64,000 nt of DNA from contig NC_086097.1 of NCBI RefSeq assembly GCF_963921235.1, forward strand, positions 31,994,001-32,058,000. The letters run 5' to 3'. A program made the position numbers and the translations under genes. The notes below the pieces were generated by a model. It saw nothing but the letters and a program-made list of their open reading frames with translations, was not told the DNA's origin and made no database searches. The stretch is from Mobula hypostoma (Eukaryota). Below are positions 39,601 to 52,898 of this stretch, piece by piece; positions within the stretch are counted from its first letter, which is position 1, and each line of letters opens with the position of its first letter.

Positions 39601-42600
39601 GTCACCGGGGTGGACTGTATCACCGGGGTGTACTGTGTGCAATGTATCAGCAGGGTGTACTGTGTCACCGGGGTATACTGTATCAGCGGGGTGTGCTGTG
39701 TCACTGGGGTGTACTGTGTCACCGGGGTGCACTGTGTCACCAGGGTGGACTGTATCAGCGGGGTGGACTGTGTCACCGGGGTGCACTCTGTCACCGGGGT
39801 GTACTGTGTGCACTGTATCAGCAGGGTGTACTGTGTCACCGGGGTGTACTGTATCAGTGGGGTGTACTGTGTCACCGGGGTGGACTGTATCAGCGGGGTG
39901 GACTGTGTCAGCGGGGTGTACTCTGTCACCGGGGTGTACTGTGTCACGGGGTGTACTGTGTCAGCGGGGTGTACTGTATCACCGGGGAGTACTGGATCAG
40001 CGGGGTGTAGTGTATCATCGGGGTGGACTGTTTCGGCGGGGTGTACTCTGTCACCGTGGTGGACTGTATCACCGGGATGTACTGTGTCACCGGGGTGTAC
40101 TGTATCAGCGGGGTGGACTGTGTCACCGGGGTGCACTCTGTCACCGGGGTGGACTGTATCACCGGGGTGGACTGTATCACCGGGGTGTACTGTGTGCACT
40201 GTATCAGCAAGGTGTACTGTGTCACCGGGGTATACTGTATCAGCGGGGTGTACTGTGTCAGCGGGGTGGACTGTGTCACCAGGGTGGACTGTATCAGCGG
40301 GGTGGACTGTGTCACCGGGGTGTACTGTGTGCACTGTATCAGCAGGGTGTACTGTGTCACCGGGGTGTACTGTGTCACCGGGGTGGACTGTATCAGCGGG
40401 ATGGACTGTGTCACGGGGTGTACTCTGTCACCGGGGTGTACTGTGTCAGGGGGTGTACTCTGTCACCGGGGTGGACTGTGTCACGGGGTGTACTGTGTCA
40501 CCGGGGTGGACTGTGACACGGGGTGTACTGTGTCACCGGGGTGTACTGTGTCAGCGGGGTGTACTGTGTCACGGGGTGTACTGTGTGACGGGGTGTACTG
40601 TGTCACCGGGGTGCACTCTGTCACCGGGGTGTACTCTGTCACCGGGGTGTACTGTGTCATGGGGTGTACTGTGTCACCGGGGTGTACTCTGTCACCAGGG
40701 TGTACTGTATCAGCGGGGTGGACTGTATCACCGGGGTGTACTGTGTGCACTGTATCAGCAGGGTGTACTGTGTCACCGGGGTATACTGTATCAGCGGGGT
40801 GTACTGTGTCACCGGGGTGGACTGTATCACCGGGGTGTACTGTGTGCACTGTATCAGCAGGGTGTACTGTGTCACCGGGGTATACTGTATCAGCGGTGTG
40901 TACTGTGTTGCCGGGGTGGACTGTATCAGCGGGGTGTACTGTGTCACCGGGCTGGACTGTGTCAGCGGGGTGTACTGTGTCACCGGGGTGTACTGTGTGC
41001 ACTGTATCAGTAGGGTGTACTGTGTCACCGGGGTGTACTGTGTCAGCGGGGTGGACTGTGTCAGCGGGGTGTACTGTGTCACCGGGGTAAACTGTGAACC
41101 GGGGTGGACTGTGTCACCGGGGTGTACTCTGTCACCGGGATGTACTGTATCACCAAGTGTACTGTGTCAGCGGGGTGTACTGTATCACCGGGGTGTACTG
41201 TGTCAGCGGGGTGTACTGTGTCAGTGGGGTGTACTGTATCACCGGGGTGTACTGGATCAGCGGGGTGTAGTGTATCATCGGGGTGGACTGTATCAGCGGG
41301 GTGTACTCTGTCACCGTGGTGGACTGTATCACCGGGATGTACTGTGTCACCGGGGTGTACTGTATCAGCGGGGTGGACTGTGTCACCGGGGTGCACTCTG
41401 TCACCGGGGTGGACTGTGTGCACTGTATCAGCAGGGTGTACTGTGTCACCGGGGTGTACTGTATCAGCGGGGTGTACTGTGTCACCAGGGTGGTCTGTAT
41501 CAGCGGGGTGGACTGTGTCAGCGGGGTGTACTCTGACAGCGGGGTGTACTCTGACAGCGGGGTGGACTGTGTCACCGGGGTGTACTGTATCAGCGGGGTG
41601 TACTGTGTCACCGGGGTGCATTCTGTCACCAGGGTGTATTGTATCAGCGGGGTGGACTCTGACACCGGGGTGTACTGTGTCACCGGGGTGTACTGTATCA
41701 GCGGGGTGGACTGTGTCACCGGGGTGCACTCTGTCACCGGGGTGGACTGTATCACCGGGGTGTACTGTGTGCACTGTATCAGCAGGGTGTACGGTGTCAC
41801 CGGGGTATACTGTATCAGCGGGGTGTACTGTGTCAGCGGGGTGTACTGTATCACCGGGGAGTACTGGATCAGCGGGGTGTAGTGTATCATCGGGGTGGAC
41901 TGTTTCGGCGGGGTGTACTCTGTCACCGTGGTGGACTGTATCACCGGGATGTACTGTGTCACCGGGGTGTACTGTATCAGCGGGGTGGACTGTGTCACCG
42001 GGGTGCACTCTGTCACCGGGGTGGACTGTATCACCGGGGTGGACTGTATCACCGGGGTGTACTGTGTGCACTGTATCAGCAAGGTGTACTGTGTCACCGG
42101 GGTATACTGTATCAGCGGGGTGTACTGTGTCAGCGGGGTGGACTGTGTCACCAGGGTGGACTGTATCAGCGGGGTGGACTGTGTCACCGGGGTGTACTGT
42201 GTGCACTGTATCAGCAGGGTGTACTGTGTCACCGGGGTGTACTGTGTCACCGGGGTGGACTGTATCAGCGGGATGGACTGTGTCACGGGGTGTACTCTGT
42301 CACCGGGGTGTACTGTGTCAGGGGGTGTACTCTGTCACCGGGGTGGACTGTGTCACGGGGTGTACTGTGTCACCGGGGTGGACTGTGACACGGGGTGTAC
42401 TGTGTCACCGGGGTGTACTGTGTCAGCGGGGTGTACTGTGTCACGGGGTGTACTGTGTGACGGGGTGTACTGTGTCACCGGGGTGCACTCTGTCACCGGG
42501 GTGTACTCTGTCACCGGGGTGTACTGTGTCATGGGGTGTACTGTGTCACCGGGGTGTACTCTGTCACCAGGGTGTACTCTGTCACCAGGGTGTACTGTAT

Positions 42601-44856
42601 CAGCGGGGTGGACTGTATCACCGGGGTGTACTGTGTGCACTGTATCAGCAGGGTGTACTGTGTCACCGGGGTATACTGTATCAGCGGGGTGTACTGTGTC
42701 ACCGGGGTGGACTGTATCACCGGGGTGTACTGTGTGCACTGTATCAGCAGGGTGTACTGTGTCACCGGGGTATACTGTATCAGCGGTGTGTACTGTGTTG
42801 CCGGGGTGGACTGTATCAGCGGGGTGTACTGTGTCACCGGGCTGGACTGTGTCAGCGGGGTGTACTGTGTCACCGGGGTGTACTGTGTGCACTGTATCAG
42901 TAGGGTGTACTGTGTCACCGGGGTGTACTGTGTCAGCGGGGTGGACTGTGTCAGCGGGGTGTACTGTGTCACCGGGGTAAACTGTGTAACCGGGGTGGAC
43001 TGTGTCACCGGGGTGTACTCTGTCACCGGGATGTACTGTATCACCAAGTGTACTGTGTCAGCGGGGTGTACTGTATCACCGGGGTGTACTGTGTCAGCGG
43101 GGTGTACTGTGTCAGTGGGGTGTACTGTATCACCGGGGTGTACTGGATCAGCGGGGTGTAGTGTATCATCGGGGTGGACTGTATCAGCGGGGTGTACTCT
43201 GTCACCGTGGTGGACTGTATCACCGGGATGTACTGTGTCACCGGGGTGTACTGTATCAGCGGGGTGGACTGTGTCACCGGGGTGCACTCTGTCACCGGGG
43301 TGGACTGTGTGCACTGTATCAGCAGGGTGTACTGTGTCACCGGGGTGTACTGTATCAGCGGGGTGTACTGTGTCACCAGGGTGGTCTGTATCAGCGGGGT
43401 GGACTGTGTCAGCGGGGTGTACTCTGACAGCGGGGTGTACTCTGACAGCGGGGTGGACTGTGTCACCGGGGTGTACTGTATCAGCGGGGTGTACTGTGTC
43501 ACCGGGGTGCATTCTGTCACCAGGGTGTATTGTATCAGCGGGGTGGACTCTGACACCGGGGTGTACTGTGTCACCGGGGTGTACTGTATCAGCGGGGTGG
43601 ACTGTGTCACCGGGGTGCACTCTGTCACCGGGGTGGACTGTATCACCGGGGTGTACTGTGTGCACTGTATCAGCAGGGTGTACGGTGTCACCGGGGTATA
43701 CTGTATCAGCGGGGTGTACTGTGTCACCGGGGTGGACTGTATCACCGGGGTGTACTGTGTGCACTGTGTCACGGGGTGGACTGTATCAGCGGTGTGTACT
43801 GTGTCATGGGGTGGACTGTGTCACCGGAGTGTACTCTGACACCGGGGTGTACTGTGTCAGCAAGGTGGACTGTATCACCAGTGTGTACTCTGACACCGGG
43901 GTGTACTGTGTCACCGGGGTGGACTGTGACACCGGGGTGTACTCTGTCACCGGGGTGTATTGTATCAGCGGGGTGTACTGTGTCACCGGGGTGTACTCTG
44001 TCACCGGGGTGTACTGTGTCACGGGGTGTACTGTATCAGTGGGGTGTACTGTGTCACCGGGGTGTACTCTGTCACCGGGATGTACTGTATCACCAAGTGT
44101 ACTGTGTCAGCGGGGTGTACTGTATCAGCGGGGTGTACTGTGTCAGTGGGGTGTACTGTATCACCGGGGTGTACTGGATCAGCGGGGTGTAGTGTATCAT
44201 CGGGGTGGACTGTATCAGCGGGGTGTACTGTGTCACCGGGGTGTACTGTATCAGCGGGGTGGACTGTGTCACCGGGGTGGACTGTGTCACCGGGGTGGAC
44301 TGTGTCACCGGGGTGTACTGTGTGCACTGTATCAGCAGGGTGTACTGTGTCACCGGGGTGTACTGTATCAGCGGGGTGTACTGTGTCACCGGGGTGGTCT
44401 GTATCAGCGGGGTGGACTGTGTCAGCAGGGTGGACTGTGTCAGCGGGGTGTACTCTGACAGCGGGGTGTACTCTGACAGCGGGGTGGACTGTGTCACCGG
44501 GGTGTACTGTATCACCGGGGTGTACTGTATCAGCGGGGTGGACTGTGTCAGCGGGGTGGACTCTGACACCGGGGTGTACTGTGTCAGCGGGGTGTACTGT
44601 GTCACCGGGGTGGACTGTATCAGTGGGGTGTACTGTGTCACCGGGGTGGACTGTATCAGCGGGTTGTACTGTGTCACGGGGTGGACTGTGTCACCGGGGT
44701 GTACTGTATCAGCGTGGTGGACTGTATCAGCGGGGTGTACTCTGTCACCTGGGTGTACTGTATCACGGTGTGTACTGTATCACTGGGGTGTACTGTGTCA
44801 GCGGGGTGTACTGTGTCAGCGGGGTGTACTCTGTCACCCGGGTGTACTGTATCAGC
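36616..44856. repeat. ~8.2-kb minisatellite, 18-bp unit (~460 copies)
   Basis: Consensus GTCACCGGGGTGTACTGT with variants (GGAC/GTAC, ATCA/GTCA, AGCG/ACCG, 17-bp units); fills nearly all of the last ESR intron. Confidence 0.97.
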
Positions 44857-45187
44857 ACTCTGCCACGTAACCCGAACTATAACCACTTGATCAAACTGTG
44901 ACTCACTGTGACACATTACCCTGACTGTACCAACACTGCCTGTGAACCATACTAACTACATTGTAACCACTGTACCAGGTGACCATACCGTCACCAAACT
45001 GTAGCTACACTGTAATATTGCTGTACCATATATTGTAACAGTGTTGTATCCTGTGACCCAGACTGTAACCACTGTAACTGTACCTAGTAACCAAACTGTA
45101 ACAACGTTGTCATTAATCACATTGTGTGTGTGTATGTGTATTGCCTCCCACCTGTTTCACTGCCTCTCCCTGTTGTCCACCCCACAG

Positions 45188-45344
45188 TAACAAAGGCATG
45201 GAGCACCTCTACAGTATGAAGTGTAAGAACATGGTTCCCTTTTATGACCTGCTGCTGGAAATGTTGGATGCTCACGTCATCTACAATTACCGCAAGCCCT
45301 CGGAAGAGCACAACCCCGGGCAGTCGAAGGGTGACAATCTCTGA
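45188..45344 (+). CDS. ESR2: Estrogen receptor (ESR2-like) last coding exon: helix 11-12/AF-2 and short F domain
   Basis: Polypyrimidine tract plus CCCACAG acceptor; AG|T rebuilds Ser in phase with the previous exon. Encodes [55 protein letters not shown]. Confidence 0.95.
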
Positions 45345-48250
45345 ACTCTGCAAATTCCCTTCACCTGTGACACAGCTTCCCTCCCAAACCCAGCTATCCA
45401 AACAGGAAACCTCATCCCAAACTCTGACACCATTCCTCTTCTTGGCAGGAGGGAAGGGAGACACCAGCGGGGAGGCTCAGTGAAGAGGGTACAGTTGAAC
45501 GGGGTGGGGGTGGGTGGGTTAGGGAGCTGATAGCTGAGCACTAGCCCACATAACCCCGGATCCCCTCGCCCCTGTCTCCACTATCCCAACCCAACTGACC
45601 CCCCCCCACCCAAATGTTTCCCAATGGCTGGTTTCCTGTCCAACCGCCCCCAATCTCCAAAACTCCTCTCCCTGCACCTGAGACTGGGGTAAGTAACAGG
45701 AGATCCCATTCACCCCATCACCCAAGTTACAGGCACAGCACCTAATGTTATGGGATGGGGGGGGGGTGAGGTCTGTTCCTGCCTGCAGTGAGGCAAGTGG
45801 TGAGAGAAGGGACAAGGAATGTGGGGTGAGGGGGCAAGGAGTAATGGTTCAAGGGACAAGCAATGAGGGGAATAGGGCAAAGGTTGAGGGACAAGGGTCA
45901 AGGAATGAGAGGTCAAATGGGGCAAGGGGACAAGGGGTGAGAGGTGAGGGGACAAGGGGCAAAGGATGACATTCTGGAGCAGCCATGACAGCACACTTGA
46001 CTGGGAACAGAGGCCTCTCAGGGGGTAGCTCAGGAAACTCCCTCGGAGAGCACGGACGAAATTGGAATTGGGGGTACAGGGAAAAACTTTGTTTTGCATG
46101 CCATCCATACAGATGGTTTCATCACAACAGTGCTTTGAGAAAGTACAAGGGGAAACAGCAACAGAGTGCAGAATAAAGTGTTACAGAGAAAGTGCAGGCA
46201 GGCAGACAGGTGCAAGGTCACATTGAGGTAGATTGTGAGGTCAGGAGTCCATCTTCTCACACTAGGGAACTGTTCATCAGTGGGGCAAAAGCTATCCTCG
46301 AGCCTGATGGCATACGCTTTCAGTCTTTTCTATCTTCTGCCCAATAGGAGAGGGAAGAGGAGCGGGTGGGGTCTTTGATGATGCTGGCTGCTTTACCAAG
46401 GTAGTGAGAAGTTCAGACAGAGACTATGGAGGGGAGGCTGGTTTCGGTGATGTGCTGAGCTGTGTCCAGCTCTTTGAGGCTGAACTGCCTGTGACTCTGC
46501 TGTACTGAGGGGTGGGATGCTGGCCCTCTCACCTCACTATCTCTGGCACAGTGAGATCCCTTCTTTACTGCTCTCAGGGGGTTGGAGGTTCCTGGGCAGG
46601 GGCGTGACTACCCTTCCCCCCCACTCCCTAGGCTCCACATTCCAGCCCTGGGATGGGTGGAGGGAATGGACCTCACAGGATTTCTCTCTTGAGCTACTGA
46701 GTCACCCCAACCTCCCCAAAAAATGCCTTGCTAATGAGAGAGGAGCAAAGGAGAATAGCCAGTTCAAACTCACAGGAAGGCACCGGTAACTCAAATAACA
46801 ACGCGTTACAACAGTGGTGTGCAGAAGAGCATCTCTGAATGCACAACACGTTGGACCTTAAGTGGATGGGCTACAGCAGCAAAAGACCACAAACAATCAC
46901 TCTTCACACCAGTGTGTGTGTGTGTGTGTGTATTTTACACACATACACACACACACACTCTCACATAACCCCTTCCCCCACTCCCCACACACACTCACTT
47001 CCTCAGAGCCTCCAGCAATGCAAAGACTCTCCTGAAGGGGGGAAGGGGGTTGTGGGGAGTAGATGGTTGGGATATACAGGCAGCAGAATTGTGGATTACA
47101 GGAGTTTGCTTTGGAGGCAGGGTTGGGGAGGGTATCAAGGGAGTATAGGATAGGAGGAGTCAGGGGGTTGGGTGCTGGTAGCTTTGTTCAGGATGGTGAC
47201 CCCTTTCCCCTGGGTCTAACCTGTGACCCAGCTTTTACCCTTGACCCTGGGTCACCGAGGGGTGACCTCTGCTCCTTCTCTGCCACCACCACTCCTGAGA
47301 AAGCTGGCTGCAGGGAATCTGTGACCCCCCCTCCAGCACCCCAGTCCATCCACCACCTGGGATACTCAGCTGGGTGGGGGCATGGGGCTGGGTTATAGAG
47401 CTGGGGGGAGGGGAGGGGAGGGTCGTTCTCCCACCTTCCCACCCTGGAGACCAACTGTTACAACCGCTCTTGTGTGTACCCCACCACAGGCACAGACCAT
47501 CACTGGCCTCACATCACCTCCTCTCTCTATCCCTCCTCCCACCATCCCCTCAGTCCCCAGGGGAGCAGCTGTCCTCATCAGCCAGACCTTCCGGTCAAGT
47601 ATTGAGTAACAGGATGGATCATGGGAGTTTCATCTGTCCCTGCTAGGATCAGCCTGGGCTGGTGGACCCTACTCCTCAAGGGTGGCGGGGGGGCAGGGGT
47701 GGTTCCAAGATCCGGCCTTGACAGAGCCCAAACACCACCTTCCGACCCTTTCCCCTGTCCCTCAGCCAGGACTCGGTACCGGCCAACCCCGCCCCATAAT
47801 TGACTACCTCTGCCCCGTTATGGACAGTCCCACCCTGAGCCCCCTCCTCCTACCCCCAACTCTCCTCCAAGCAGAATCTGTCAGCCATTTGCCAGGGCGA
47901 TCCAGCTGTTCCCCATCCACACACCTGCAGCCCCACACCTTGCATCTGTTATTCTCACCGCAGGCCAGGGGCACGGCTGACCCATCCTTTAATCAGACCG
48001 CTGCCCTCATGAATGTATATTTTCTCTGCTGCAGCCCGCAACTCTGTGGCAATGAATGTTAACAACCAGATGGATTTTACAGCTGTGTATTGTTGATTGC
48101 ATAAAATTATTTATCTCTCTATATAAAGTGTCCTCTTGTTCTTGCCAGCTCCCAAAATGCATAACCTCACATGCCTTTGGGTTCAATTCCACTTGCCGCA
48201 CGAGCTAAAATCATTAATGCACGGTATAGAAAAGCAACTAAGTAGAGTGG

Positions 48251-48438
48251 GCCAGGCAGCATCTCTAGGAAGAGGTATAGTCGACGTTTCAGGCCGAGAC
48301 CCTTCGTCAGGGAGGAAGGGTCTCGGCCTGAAACATCGACTGTACCTCTTCCTAGAGATGCTGCCTGGCCTGCTACATTCACCAGCAACTTTGATGTGTG
48401 TTGCTTGAATTTCCAGCATCTGCAGGATTCCTGTTGTT
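48251..48438. mobile_element. Palindromic Penelope-type insertion with hammerhead core and 12-bp TSD
   Basis: Inverted arms ~48251-48305 and ~48315-48370. TAAGTAGAGTGG at 48239-48250 and 48439-48450. Confidence 0.75.
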
Positions 48439-49954
48439 TAAGTAGAGTGGACCACCTCCGCCCCGGTAAAACCTTTCCTGTCACAGAAGCAGCCATCCAA
48501 CATTACAAACTGCAACCCCACCCCCTCCCAACCACCAACCCGTGGCTTCCCATTACTTGGCTAATTTTGGACTCAATTCGCCATTCTCCTTTAGATTCCA
48601 AGATCATTGGAGACCTTGTATTGGTTTATCATTATCTCACATACCCAGATACAGTGGAAAAACTTGCCTTGCAGATTATTTATACAGATCAGATCACTAC
48701 ACAGTGTATTGTGGTGGGGGGGGGGGGGGCGGTCTTTGATGATGCTGGTTGCTTTACCGAGGCAGCAAGAAGTGTAAGTAGTCCATGGAGTGGAGGCTGG
48801 TTTCGTTTAACTTCCAGTAATTTCTCCACCCTCCCTCCTCTGTTTTTCTATTCCCCATTCTGGTTCTTATACCTTCCCTTTCTCCCATGACCCACATCCT
48901 CCTCCAGCCCTTTAACTCTTCCACCAGCTTCTCAACCTCCCCTGCCCACTCACCTGGTTAGCTTGTACTCCTGCCTTCTTCTGCTGGCTTCTTCCCCCTT
49001 CCTTTCCAGACCCGCTGAAGGGTCTCGGCCCTAAAAGCTGATTGATTGTTCTTCCCCATAGATGCTGCCTGACCTGTTGAGTTCCTCCAGCATTTTGTGT
49101 GTGTAGCTCCAGGTTTCCAGCATCTGCCGAATGTCTTGTTTATGGGACTGTGATGTGTTGAGTCTCCTAAAGTTTTCTTAAATGCCAAAGTCTCCTTAAT
49201 TTCCAGGTGGAGCGCATCAAAAGCACCCCCCCCCCCACCGCCCATCCACAACCTCCTGTTCCTTTGTCAAGAAATTGAACCTAATTAGCCAGAAACAGCT
49301 ATCATTGAACAAGTCCAGGCTGACTGCTGATTAATCTGGAGAATGGATTCCAACAATATGTCACCACTAATGTTAGTTTAACAGGTCGATACTAACCCGA
49401 CAAAGGGTTTTTATGAACATTAAACGCTGGCGTCAGTGGTGTGACAGAGGTGGAAGTATGCGCAAAACTCTTATCCAATTCACAGACCAAGAAAGGGAGA
49501 TGAGCTTAATTTGTTACATGTACATCGAAGCATACAGGAGAAATAGGGAGGGAGGGGGATCTCATTGAAAGGCCTAGAGTGGACGTAAAGAGGATGTTTC
49601 CTATAGTGGAGGAGTCTAGGACCAGAGGGCACAGTCTCACAATAGAAATATGTCCCTTTAAGAACAGAGATTGAGGAGAATTTCTTTAGCCAGAGGGTAA
49701 TCTGTGGAATTCATTGCCACAGATGGCTGTGGAGGTCAAGTCACTGAGTATACATAATAGGTTAGAAAGGGTGTCAAAGGTGAAAGGGAGAAGGCAGGAG
49801 AATGGGGATTGAGAGGGAAAATAAATCAGACATGATGGAAAGGCGGAGCAGACTTGAAGGGCCATATGGCCTAGTCCTGCTTCTATGACTTGTGGTCTAA
49901 AGATTAAAGTGTTCCCTGGAGCGTGTGGCAACCCATTCTCTAGGTTGTGTTGGT

Positions 49955-50990
49955 TAGAAACATAGAAAACCTACAGCATAATACAGGCCCTTCAGCCCAC
50001 AAAGCTGTGCTGAACATGTCCTTACCTTAGAAATTACCTAGGGTTACCCATAGTCCTCTATTTTTCTAAGCTCCGTGTACCTATCCAGCAGTCTCTTAAA
50101 AGACCCTATCGTATCCGCCTCCACCACTGTCGCCGGCAGCCCATTCCACACACTCACCACTTCCTGCGTAAAAAACTTACCCGACATCTCCTCTGTACCT
50201 ACTTCCAAGCACCTTAAAACTATGCCCTCTCATGCTAGCCATTTCAGCCTTGGGGAAAAGCCTCTGACTATCCACACGATCAATACCTCTCATTATCTTG
50301 TAACCTCTATCAGGTCACCTCTCATCCTCTGTCGCTCCAAGGAGAAAAGGCCGAGTTCACTCAACCTATTCTTATAAGGCATGCTCCCCAATTCAGGTAA
50401 CGTCCTTGTAAATCTCCTCTGCACCATTACTATGGTTTCCATATCCTTCCTGTAGTGAGGTGACACAGTACTGTAACATTACCTCTCGGCTCTTAAACTC
50501 AATCCCACAATTGATGAAGGCCAATGCACAGTAGACCTTCTTAACCACAGAGTCAACCTGCGCAGCAGCTTTGAGTGTCCTATGGACTCGGACCCCAAGA
50601 TCCCTCTGATCCTCCACACTGCCAAGAGTCTTACCATTAATGCTATATTCTGCCATCATGTTTGACCTACTAAAATGAACCACCTCACACTTAGCTCGGT
50701 TGAACTCCATCTGCCACTTCTCAACCCAGTTTGTGAGCCAACTGACTCTTCAGTTCGGTTCCCACCCCCCAGCAATTCTAGTTTAAACTCTTCCCAATAG
50801 CCTTAGCAAGCCTCCCCACCAGGATATTGGTCCCCCTTGGATTCAACTGCAACCCGTCCTTTTTGTACAGGTCACGCCTGCTCTGAAAGAGGTCCCAATG
50901 ATCCAGAAATCTGAATCCCTGCCCCCTGCTCCAGTCCCTCAACCACGCATTTATCCTCCACCTCATTCTATTCCTATACTCACTGTCACT
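49955..50990 (-). mobile_element. Internally deleted CR1: ORF1 (esterase-like) C-terminus joined to ORF2 3' end
   Basis: Minus ORF 50778-51143 contains INAWLRDWSRGQGFRFLDHWDLF..DGLQLNPRG. ORF 50393-50710 (MEFNRAKCEVVHF) is the post-RT region. Confidence 0.8.
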
Positions 50991-52246
50991 CCCGAGATGA
51001 CTACCTTTGAGGTTGTTCCATTTCACTGTACGTGTGAGAACTAAGTATCTTGTCGAGCTGCTCGGATGAGAAGGAATCTTCAGCAAAACTTGATGGTAGG
51101 TAGATGGTCCAAGGGTGCAGGACCCATGGAGGTTTCCCACCACTCTGTGTGTTCACACACCAGAGACAGGGTTGCAGGATATTTCGGAGATAAATGCTTC
51201 CAGTCTTCGTCCAGACCACCTCCTTCCTGTCTCACTATCTATCTGCTCTGCCATCTGGAAACCTGGATCCCATTAGACACATCCCAAATAATTCATGTCC
51301 CAGATTCAACTGTAGTTAAGAACGTAATAATAAATTTGCTTATTAAAAATATTTGCTTGGAGAGTGTTGGCAGGCAATGTCCGCACTGCGCGCCAGCAAA
51401 AAGCCATCCATCTCGGGACTCAGTCCCTCTCTGACACCAGAACTGGCAGCATTGAATAAGTCCACATTGATCAGCCTGGAGCCAAAAATTATACCTCCTC
51501 AGTCCCCGTTCCCGTGGGAGCGGAGAAAGGCCCCACTGTTCTAGGGTGGGGTGGGGTCAGCCTCTCACCAATTCCATCAGCTGTTCGTTCATCTAGGACT
51601 GAACTTGGTGCAAGTCGAGGGCTGGGAGATTCAGTCAGCAGTTATAGTTAATTATCAGAGAGACATTACTGAGTGTGGAACAAGGACTTTTCACCACAGC
51701 CTGGCTGGGACATGGCCACCGGCTTCCAAGTAAGTGCAGAAATTCAATTCAGCTTCATGTATTTATTTATCATATGTACATCGAAACACACAGTGAAATG
51801 AGTCGTTTCTGTTAACAACCTGAGGGGGCAGCCTGCACTGGCGCTCACTGATTTCTAACCCCAGGACCCGCTGATGGCTGGGGGGGGGGGTGGGGGGCAC
51901 TCAGGACCTGTCATCCTCAGGGCCTGCTGACCACTGTCATTCACGGGGATCACTGGCCCCTTGACCCTGGAGCGCCCCACGCTAGCTCCTGCCCTGTCCC
52001 CTAACACCCTCTCCTCACTGTCCTAATAAAATCCCTACTAATCTTAAAAAGAAAGCAACCAAGTCCGAGCCATGACCTCAATGGACATCGCAACGCAGCA
52101 AAGGTTTGTCCCCCACATCCCAGGGTGCGGATCCTCACTGGGGGAGGGGCGGTATTGGGAAAGGAATGGCCCCCTGCCCGCACTTCACACACTCACACCT
52201 TGCACAGCCAATGAGACTGTCTGCTGGGTTGTTGATCCATTCAGAG

Positions 52247-52252
52247 TTTATT
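52247..52252 (-). terminator. Candidate polyadenylation signal of the nesprin gene
   Basis: AATAAA on the minus strand ~650 nt after the stop codon, followed by a GT-rich stretch (GTGTGAGTGTGTG). Confidence 0.6.
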
Positions 52253-52898
52253 GCTTATTAATACATACAGTTGCTGCCCCCCGCAATAACAGCGGACATG
52301 ATGAGTTATTACACGATGGGCAGGTAATCCTAGATCCCTACATATCCATCTTCACTTCCCGGATTCCCACTAATAAAAACCTTAGACTGTACAATATAGA
52401 AATCGCTTTCACACTAAACAATATTTCCCAGAAATTTAAACAGCCGTTGCACGGCTTCAACGCAGTCAGGCACAGCCTGGGGTTGGGGGCTGCTACTACA
52501 GAACCATTTACACCATTCAGTTACTGGGGGTGGAGGAGGAGAAGAGAGAGGGAGAAAAAGAAAGAGAGTGGGGGCTGAGGGAGGGAGGGAGGGAGGGAGG
52601 GAGGGGTGGCCAAGGGGGTGGAGAGAAAGAGAGAGAGAGAGAAGGCCAGGGAAAGAGAGAAAGTTGTGGCCAAGGAGGGAGGAGGTGTGGAAGATAGGGG
52701 GAGGGGAGAGGGAGCCAGGGAGAGAGGGAGAGGGGAGGGGGAGGGGGAGAGAGGAGGGAGGGAGGGAGGAGAGAGGGAGAGGGACAGAGAGAGAGGGGAG
52801 GGAGAGAGATTGATTGGGCAGGGGCAAAAAATGTGATGGGGTTAGGTGGTCAGGGTTCAGAAGGTCGAGTCAGGTAGGCAAGAGTCCCGTGGCTGGGT

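Noticed and set aside
36731..44901. Very long ORFs (up to 1261 aa) of GCTVSP/GVYCVT/HPGDTV repeats
   Set aside because: They arise from an 18-bp stop-poor unit that is open in several frames on both strands, and they lie inside a phase-consistent ESR intron.
46172..46177. AATAAA as the ESR poly(A) signal
   Set aside because: It lies in an antisense LINE tail (same sequence reversed at ~61935). Variants near 48100-48127 are equally plausible, so the 3' end cannot be assigned.
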